A DNA stretch of 64,000 nucleotides, from the IMG/VR virus record IMGVR_UViG_3300032093_000026. One strand, given 5' to 3'. The notes under the pieces were generated by a model. That model searched no databases and was not told the DNA's origin. It was given only the letters and a program-made list of their open reading frames with translations. The stretch comes from an uncultured virus (IMG/VR IMGVR_UViG_3300032093_000026) (taxonomy: Duplodnaviria; Heunggongvirae; Uroviricota; Caudoviricetes). The translations under genes were made by a program, and so were the position numbers. Below are positions 58,001-64,000 of this stretch, one piece after another (within the stretch, counting starts at the first letter, position 1; each line of letters starts with the position of its first letter).

Positions 58001-58098
58001 TGAAGAATTTGTTGTTGAGATGTTTCAGAATCTTGAGATGGTTGGTCCATTTCCATTCCATACATTGCTTTACGTAAATTGTAGTTGTTGTAATACAT
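55018..58098 (-). CDS. Low-complexity virion protein (1026 aa) with Q/M-rich ends and xxGG motifs
   Basis: Q/M-rich N- and C-terminal domains; YAEGG, FEDGG, YAQGG and similar motifs. Confidence 0.7.
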   Translation of the reverse strand: MYYNNYNLRKAMYGMEMDQPSQDSETSQQQILQFMMQMKQQGFTDVQIVEELIGMGIPDDQAPGIVTAFNNQLQRQMQMKKPAGMQQQGMQQPGMQQGMMAWGGRVPRADLGMQVPMFGTGSLETLPNVENYPSYDAFKQSYDNYLNSVLTNTTTMSMEQLMDQVIAEPDTTAGAGNEETNKVIKQGNAVIVNPFSDTLDIPMPTQGTKDSIGIPTDNQINQGEQIILNDQNKTDYPWYVTGPGYLLGAYLGNKAIGYGYNKSKVPIQRRWGNVGEIDRSKLSEAELKNFKASQTAYMNEVLARGYTRGKYDINRLLENGATLEEAKEMLKDIPTKERWQEMNKTRRRPASSSSTNESESDFEIVPINEGTPTSSTSTETPTSSTSAEQENLRLPKDKETLEKQLSFLESDAGKNYYFTTNWDTNALKFEIDNDQYEIPLTEEEMKERKEIWDKWDNTPENERRANLNKNNQKIVERAIKDRKDRLSLFTSDAGTSTQTGGAETAGAETTGTETTGSTETTPKEKSKGPVAQNQKTVAELIAEAKQKGATGQFEVFNNQQEAQRIEEERVRAENEKQATENKTKEQIEQEKKDQKRRENAANYQKRQQAGKNKGKKGRRKEEGGEAGPFIPQYGDISYGANLPKYGLGSDYSVNYAYGGDVYETAGQVDNCLCPEYDCKCPPGYNVRKGREKAAADLVSQGYTEHMTPFYNDLFGYVNKGVRSDGTVSPFRALAGSVGATLAHPEVWFRKRHNIPEDVAYSNQNPYGQTPYTYNIFGREHTWYPDQYVKPIPKKERRSDDPFPSNRKLNRMQRKMDRQIQRGIKRQGDCWGGNCYENSEMTMSEDGGAYTGTWNGNQGFEDGGFYNPFQPVNPLSRFVYAEGGMTPEEAMMMQQQGAAAPEQGMPPQQGEQASQISEEQMQQVVQMVIQMMQQQMPPEQIMQNLVQQGVPEELAQQAVEMVMQQIQASQQGAGPAQPQQQAPPQQMPMGMYGGGMYAQGGMVGQEMEVTEEELKELRRKGIKFEII

Positions 58099-58108
58099 AT
58101 AATTTTAT

Positions 58109-61100
58109 TTATTGTTTCTTTGAACTATTTAAAATTTGTTCTAAAATACTTTGATATTCTGGATTTGTTTTTAAAACAAAAGCATTATTTTTAAAATCGT
58201 ATAATTGTCTATTTTTTTTGTTTAAGTTAAAATCACTTTTTAAATAATCATCAACTAATTTTCCATCAGAAGTTCTTGTATCAATAGTAAATATTTTACC
58301 ATTAAGATTAAGATTATAACTAGTATCTCTACCCTGCGCATACGCAGTTGGAAATTCTATTTTCTTTGGAACTACAACAGGTTTATATTCTGGAGTTGAT
58401 TTTGTTTCTGTACTTGTTGTATTGGCTCCTGTACCTGTAGTACTTATTGTACTTGTATTAGTTGGCGTAACTGTAGTTGGTTTAGTAGATGGTGATCTAT
58501 GTATACTTGGATCATAAAATTTTTCACTTATAGGATCCCACATAAATTCAAAAGGAGCTGTTCCAGTTGCTTCCTGCCAACCATAATCACCTATTCTAAA
58601 AGCAGGTGCACCTGATCTACCAAAACCTGTCATTGCTGTAGCTGGTCCCCAATAAGCGTTATGTACAAATCTAACAGGTGTACCTGCGAATGTCATACCT
58701 TTACCCAAGAGATTTTTTCCACTATAATTTCCTAGAATATCTCTACTAGCATTTATAATTGATGTTCCAGGTGCTTTAGCAAATTGTCTAATACCAGCTG
58801 TTGAACCAACACCTCCCACTGGTGTACTCAAAAATCCTTGAAACCCTACGTTAGCTGCATTTAAAAAAACATTACCAGCTCCATATAAACTAGGATCTTT
58901 ATAAAAATTTTTTCCAGAAGTTACAAGATCTCTGCCTGCTTGTTCTACAACTGGTAAATTTTGAAATCCTAAAAGACCTGGATTTTGTTTTCTATCACTT
59001 CTCTCATACATCATCGCCTCCTGTGAATTTATATCTTCACCATAATTATTATAAACAGGATTAGGTTCTCCAACTTTATTTGCAAGATATCTAGTTCCTT
59101 TTGCAACATCCATTAGTGTACCTGTTGCAATATCACCTACAAAATTTGTTACAGGTGAATACCAGGCATTTGATTTACCTGCTCCAGTAGCATTTCTATA
59201 ATTATTTCCAAACTCACTTGTATTAAAGAAATTTTTTACAAAGTCATTACTATTATATAGCTTTTGTAAATTTGGTGCATATTGTTTCCAATCTTGTTCT
59301 GATGTATAACCTGCACTTCTTTGTGTAATACCTTGAACAGCATTTCTTAATCTGTCATCTGTCCAGTCACTATATTGACCTGGTTTAATTAACCAACCAT
59401 CACCATAACCAGTCGCACGCAATCCGTTTTTATGAATATATTGCAAAGTTTCATTTAACTTTTGTTCTACTGGATCTCCTGTTTCTGGATTAGTTTGACT
59501 ATACATTCCATATCCACGACTTGGATCGCTTTCAGGACGTTTTTTCTCAAGATCTACATTTTTATAATATGGACTATTTTTATAAAACTCTTCAGCACCC
59601 TGTGGAATAACTACACTTGGACCAACAACTAACGGCAATTTATTTTTATCTGCAAAATTACCAGCCATTCTTTTAGAATCTGTAGTGAAAGCACCTTTTT
59701 TATTTGTTTGAAAAACATTTACATCTAATTCATCATAGTATACACAGTTTCCATCTACATTAATTCTTAATCTACCGTTTTCATCTGGAGGACATTGAAA
59801 CTCTTTTTCTTTTCTATTATACTTAGGTAATTCATCTTTACCACCATACATATATACTTCATCAAAATATTTCCCAAGTTCTTCTTCTGTTGGTTGAACA
59901 TATTCAATTTCAACACCTTGTGGCGTATACTTAGGTTTACCTGTAGGAGCCATTGGATCTTCAAAATTCCATTCAAGATTACTTGGTGTTTGATAAAACG
60001 AAGGCCACGGTTTATTCATGCGCTGCTTTATCCACAATGCTTTTCTTTCTTCATAAGGAAGGTCATCAGCAGAAATAACAATTTCTTGTAATTGTTTAAT
60101 GTCTTTATAATCTGGAGGTAATGTAGTTGTTGAAGTTAATTCAAAGCCATTAAATGCTTTTGGTAAAAACTTTTTTAACTGCCCACCTTGTTTCTTTTGT
60201 TCTATTGCTCCTGCTGTTTTCATTCCCAATCCTAATGTTGTTGCACCAAGCCCTATTTGATTTAAAGATTTTATTAATGCAGGCATATTAAAATCTTTTA
60301 CATTAACTCCAAAAAGATAACTATGACCTTCTTTTATCATATCTTGTAATCCTTTTTCAATTTCTGGAATATCTTTTTCTGTATAAACTCTATCTCCTTT
60401 AATATCTTTTAATTTATCAATTCTTAGTTCATTTTGTACAGCAAATACTTCTTCTTCTGGCATTCCAAAATTATTCTTTTTTATCATTGGGCTCCAAGCT
60501 TCACCAGCAATTTCTTTTTCAGCATCTGTAGCTTCAAGTCTAATAGATCTACTGTGGGTTGTTTCATGCAGAGCATCTGTGTATGCAGATGTTGAAGGAA
60601 TATTACTAGTATATGGTGCATTTTTATTTACTAGTACAACATCATTTAAATCTCCATAACCTCTTGCTCCATATTGACCAGGTTGTTCTCCTAAATACTG
60701 TTCTATTGAAAGACTTGGATTATGTTTTAATCTATAAGCTTCATATAATTTAAGTGCTTCTGGATCATCAATAAATCTTGCTTGTTGATTAGTTACTGAA
60801 AAATCTGGAAGTTTTACAGCTCCTACTTGTCTAGGTCTAAACGCTTCAAGTTTTGCTCTATTTGCTGGAGACTGAGAAAAAATTGTAGCATCTTGATTTG
60901 CTCTAGCAATATCTGCATCTAGTAAAGCATTTGATTCTATTTTAATAGGTTTAAATGTTGAAGGATTAAACTTATAAGCATTTTTTACAGCCCCTTGTGT
61001 AAGATATTCACCTACTCTTGGAGCAGCTTTTGCAATACCTTTAATTCCTGCACTAATAGCGGCTTCTAATAATGTACCTACCTCAATAGCTTTTAAAATT

Positions 61101-63934
61101 TTATCAGCTTCTGCTCTTTTCTTATCTATGTATTCTTGACTGTGTCCAGCACCCTCCATAAACCCTAAATCCTTTCTACGTTTGTTTACTTGTTCTGTGA
61201 ACTCTCTAGCTTTTTGTTTTTCTTTTTCTGTTCTTGTATCTGGACCAATTGTTGTTCTTGTTCTTGCTGCTTGTTCCTTTTTTTGTTTTAATCTAGCAGC
61301 ACCAACTATTTCAGCCATTATTCGCTCATTACTCTTAATACCTGTTTGTTGAGCAATATCACCCTGACGCATGGCTTTTTCTTGAGCAGCAATAGACATT
61401 TTTAGATCAGCAAGAGTGCCACATTGACCATTAGGTAGCTGAATTTGTGGTTCACCATTTGGACCAGGAGGACATTTGACTTCACCTCTTGTTTGAAACT
61501 TAGGTAGTGACCCACCTTTATCATATATATTACCACCAAAAGCTTTATTTTGTTTTTCATTAATATATTGACCAACTTGTGCAGGTGTTATTTCATAATC
61601 AGATTGTATATCATAATCACTTGGCGCATATTCAGTTCTTAGTCTTCCACCAGCTGACGTATATTTGTCGTATTGATCGCTTCTTATTAATTGATTTGTT
61701 CCAGGTATACGCTTATAATAAATTCTTCCTTCTATTTCAAATGGTTTATTAAATTTATCAGCTATATCACCAACTACAACATTTTTATCCATAGCTTTTA
61801 AAATATTTTCACCAACATGCTTATTATTTATTTTAAAATCTTTAATCTTTTGGTAATTTTTTGGAGACATGTGCTTAAATGCAAATTCATTTGCATTTAA
61901 TTTATAAGTATCTAAATCCCAAATATCATTATACTGAAAATACTGACCTTTATCATCTTCTCCTTTTGTTACAGTGTGCTTACCCATGATCAAGTCTCCA
62001 AAAGGCTTAATAAAACTTTCTTCACCACCAACATGTTTTTCTTTTTCATCTTCAGGTTCAGGTGCTCCATATATTTTTACAAGTTCATCAAAATCTTCTT
62101 GTGTTATGATTATAGGAAATGCTTCTTTATAATCATTTATTTCAAAAGCACCTTTTTTATATCTAGAAGGACTAAAAGAATTACGTGTTTGAGGTAATCC
62201 TAAATAAAGTCTAAAAGCATCATGTTCTGCAGTAGCAACTCTATCATCATAATCATTAAAAATTATTTTACCATTTTCTTTACTATCTTTTCCAGTTAAA
62301 GCAAGCGATGCAACTCGCACTGGATCAATAGCATACCCAGCAGTTGTATTTAATTTTCCTAAGTTCAATCTTGTTTCATTAGGATTATAAACACGTTGAT
62401 CGCTAGTTATACCATATTGTTGCATTTCTTGAGCATCAGTTCCACCCCATCCTGTTGTGTATCTTTTATTACCCCACATAAATTCTTTTTCACCTGCTCT
62501 CTTAGCTCTTTCATAAGCTCCTTCAAACGTATATTTTGAATAGTCATCAACACCCCAGTTAAAAGGATTTACATAACTAAGCCAATTTCTATCTTGTCGT
62601 TTTGGTCCTGTAACAACTACATCTTCTTCATTTTTTACAAAATCATCACCCATCTTTTCATAGTTCCCTTGCTGAAGTTGACTTTCTGTAGGAACATAGT
62701 ATTGACTTGGACTAATTGTTGTTGTTTGTGTTGTTTGAAAACCAGTATATCCACCTGGTGCAAATTTTTGTTTTTGACCTCCTTTTTCTTTAAAGAAGTC
62801 AAATATATTAGATGCTTGAGGATTATTTTGTTGTTCTTGTAATTTTTCAATTTCTTTTTTAGATAAAACAAAATTCATCCTAAACATGTCGTTCTTAGTA
62901 GGATCACCTTCAGGATTAGCTACTTCAGTTGATCTAACTTTATTTCTTAAATTTTGATATAAATTATCACCTTTAAAGTTTTTTTCACCTGTATTCCAAT
63001 CGTATACATCTGTATAATAAACATCACCTGTTTGTGGATCTGTCCAGTATCTTCCTCTACCAATCGTACTTGCTAATGTAAAACCTGGATTAGACAAACT
63101 TTTCCAAACTAATTCACCTTTACCGATTTTTCCTTTATTAAACCAATTTGTAAAATCATCTGCTGAACCATATCCTAATCCACCATAATCTGTATATTCT
63201 GTACCTGAATTATCTAAACCAGTTCTTTTTTTAGAGTTTTGAATAACATTCCAAAGAATTAATTTTTGCTCATCTGTCAAAGATTCATTGTTCATTCTAG
63301 CATCACCAAATACTTGTTTAGCTAACATTTGAGAAACATTCGCTGGTACAGGCATCAAATTTCTAAATGTATTTGCGCCACTTGCATCTACGTTTGTATA
63401 AGTATTATCTTTAAAACTTACTCTTTTATTTTTTGATTTAGTTTGTTTTTTATTTAGTCCTGCAGAATTTTGAATTTGTGTATTTGTAAGTACAACAGGT
63501 TTTTGAATATTTGGTCTTGTACTTTCTGCAACAATTCTACTTTCTGGAAACTTCTTTCTTTTTTCTTCTTCTCTTTTTCGCATTTCCATTAAAATAGAAG
63601 AAGCTGTTTGAGGTTTCATTGTGGTTGTAAATGTTGTTTTAAAACCACCTGGTTCAAAATTAGTTAATACATCTTTCTTGTAATTTCTCTTACCATATAT
63701 ACCAGCAAAGGATTCGCCACCTTGTTTAGCAGGCATTAAAAAACCACCATTAAAAAATCTAAGTTTAGGATCTACACGCTGTTCAGGTTCAGAACTTTCA
63801 AAAATTCTTTTACGAAAAGCATATCCATTATCACCACCTAATTCTAAATTTGGCAATAAACTTCTTTCAGCTGTTTTTTGTTTTGTTAGCTTCTGATGAT
63901 AATAGTTAGATAATATTGAATCATTTTTTTTCAT
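58109..63934 (-). CDS. Large multi-module virion protein (1941 aa) with xxGG motifs and zincin-like domain
   Basis: About 10 xxGG motifs; LHETTH at 60554-60568; FEGAYERAKRAGEKEFMWGNKRYTT motif. Confidence 0.7.
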   Translation of the reverse strand: MKKNDSILSNYYHQKLTKQKTAERSLLPNLELGGDNGYAFRKRIFESSEPEQRVDPKLRFFNGGFLMPAKQGGESFAGIYGKRNYKKDVLTNFEPGGFKTTFTTTMKPQTASSILMEMRKREEEKRKKFPESRIVAESTRPNIQKPVVLTNTQIQNSAGLNKKQTKSKNKRVSFKDNTYTNVDASGANTFRNLMPVPANVSQMLAKQVFGDARMNNESLTDEQKLILWNVIQNSKKRTGLDNSGTEYTDYGGLGYGSADDFTNWFNKGKIGKGELVWKSLSNPGFTLASTIGRGRYWTDPQTGDVYYTDVYDWNTGEKNFKGDNLYQNLRNKVRSTEVANPEGDPTKNDMFRMNFVLSKKEIEKLQEQQNNPQASNIFDFFKEKGGQKQKFAPGGYTGFQTTQTTTISPSQYYVPTESQLQQGNYEKMGDDFVKNEEDVVVTGPKRQDRNWLSYVNPFNWGVDDYSKYTFEGAYERAKRAGEKEFMWGNKRYTTGWGGTDAQEMQQYGITSDQRVYNPNETRLNLGKLNTTAGYAIDPVRVASLALTGKDSKENGKIIFNDYDDRVATAEHDAFRLYLGLPQTRNSFSPSRYKKGAFEINDYKEAFPIIITQEDFDELVKIYGAPEPEDEKEKHVGGEESFIKPFGDLIMGKHTVTKGEDDKGQYFQYNDIWDLDTYKLNANEFAFKHMSPKNYQKIKDFKINNKHVGENILKAMDKNVVVGDIADKFNKPFEIEGRIYYKRIPGTNQLIRSDQYDKYTSAGGRLRTEYAPSDYDIQSDYEITPAQVGQYINEKQNKAFGGNIYDKGGSLPKFQTRGEVKCPPGPNGEPQIQLPNGQCGTLADLKMSIAAQEKAMRQGDIAQQTGIKSNERIMAEIVGAARLKQKKEQAARTRTTIGPDTRTEKEKQKAREFTEQVNKRRKDLGFMEGAGHSQEYIDKKRAEADKILKAIEVGTLLEAAISAGIKGIAKAAPRVGEYLTQGAVKNAYKFNPSTFKPIKIESNALLDADIARANQDATIFSQSPANRAKLEAFRPRQVGAVKLPDFSVTNQQARFIDDPEALKLYEAYRLKHNPSLSIEQYLGEQPGQYGARGYGDLNDVVLVNKNAPYTSNIPSTSAYTDALHETTHSRSIRLEATDAEKEIAGEAWSPMIKKNNFGMPEEEVFAVQNELRIDKLKDIKGDRVYTEKDIPEIEKGLQDMIKEGHSYLFGVNVKDFNMPALIKSLNQIGLGATTLGLGMKTAGAIEQKKQGGQLKKFLPKAFNGFELTSTTTLPPDYKDIKQLQEIVISADDLPYEERKALWIKQRMNKPWPSFYQTPSNLEWNFEDPMAPTGKPKYTPQGVEIEYVQPTEEELGKYFDEVYMYGGKDELPKYNRKEKEFQCPPDENGRLRINVDGNCVYYDELDVNVFQTNKKGAFTTDSKRMAGNFADKNKLPLVVGPSVVIPQGAEEFYKNSPYYKNVDLEKKRPESDPSRGYGMYSQTNPETGDPVEQKLNETLQYIHKNGLRATGYGDGWLIKPGQYSDWTDDRLRNAVQGITQRSAGYTSEQDWKQYAPNLQKLYNSNDFVKNFFNTSEFGNNYRNATGAGKSNAWYSPVTNFVGDIATGTLMDVAKGTRYLANKVGEPNPVYNNYGEDINSQEAMMYERSDRKQNPGLLGFQNLPVVEQAGRDLVTSGKNFYKDPSLYGAGNVFLNAANVGFQGFLSTPVGGVGSTAGIRQFAKAPGTSIINASRDILGNYSGKNLLGKGMTFAGTPVRFVHNAYWGPATAMTGFGRSGAPAFRIGDYGWQEATGTAPFEFMWDPISEKFYDPSIHRSPSTKPTTVTPTNTSTISTTGTGANTTSTETKSTPEYKPVVVPKKIEFPTAYAQGRDTSYNLNLNGKIFTIDTRTSDGKLVDDYLKSDFNLNKKNRQLYDFKNNAFVLKTNPEYQSILEQILNSSKKQ

Positions 63935-63999
63935 TACCTTGGAGATTTCAAAAGTTTTTGATTCGATAACTTTAATATATATTTTACATCGCCACTATT
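63934..63999 (-). CDS. C-terminus of upstream gene (partial; ...LSNQKLLKSPR*)
   Basis: Open frame from the window end; stop overlaps the next ATG (TAATG). Possibly a tail protein. Confidence 0.55.
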   Translation of the reverse strand, partial: NSGDVKYILKLSNQKLLKSPR

Positions 64000-64000
64000 A

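Noticed and set aside
60028..60036. Perfect DnaA box TTATCCACA
   Set aside because: Single copy inside a CDS, compatible with chance; no cluster.
5..62871. Many short antisense or overlapping ORFs in the track (e.g. 710-931, 5705-6325, 8677-8922, 17807-18211, 43366-43812)
   Set aside because: They are shadows of longer, motif-bearing genes on the other strand or frame, with unnatural composition.
1..64000. Stop-codon reassignment as seen in some crAss-like phages
   Set aside because: Giant ORFs are uninterrupted in code 11, and TAG and TGA end genes normally (e.g. 13432, 17137, 19364, 9979).

Overview
This is an AT-rich, gene-dense 64-kb segment of a crAss-like (Crassvirales-type) phage genome read in the standard genetic code. 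The host is most likely Bacteroidota: there are TAnnTTTG promoter elements, A-rich leaders without Shine-Dalgarno sequences, and a T9SS-type C-terminal domain. Four alternating blocks are present. (1) + strand 1-8453: accessory and DNA-metabolism genes (DUF6745-like module, SF2 helicase, NinB-like protein, uracil-DNA glycosylase, MoxR AAA + VWA pair). (2) - strand 8539-12860: lysis and surface genes (micro-ORFs, lipoprotein metzincin, T9SS-CTD-like protein, M15 endolysin, spanin/holin-like, collagen-repeat protein). (3) + strand 12971-26765: replication (DnaA-C HTH, DnaB, Sak4-like ATPase, putative SSB, primase, HNH, PD-(D/E)XK exonuclease, PolB, DUF932, dNMP kinase, spore-photoproduct-lyase-like radical SAM). 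(4) - strand 26793-64000: giant virion cargo genes, including a 3889-aa DFDID-type virion RNA polymerase fused to ART-like, SLOG, macro-like, RecD-like and zincin domains. Two unexplained patterns stand out. The three largest cargo proteins appear Cys-free except for terminal cysteines in a head-to-tail arrangement. Three neighbouring cargo proteins carry about 20 [FYMK]xxGG motifs, suggesting polyprotein processing or a packaging signal. All family calls come from motif recognition by eye; no database search was run.
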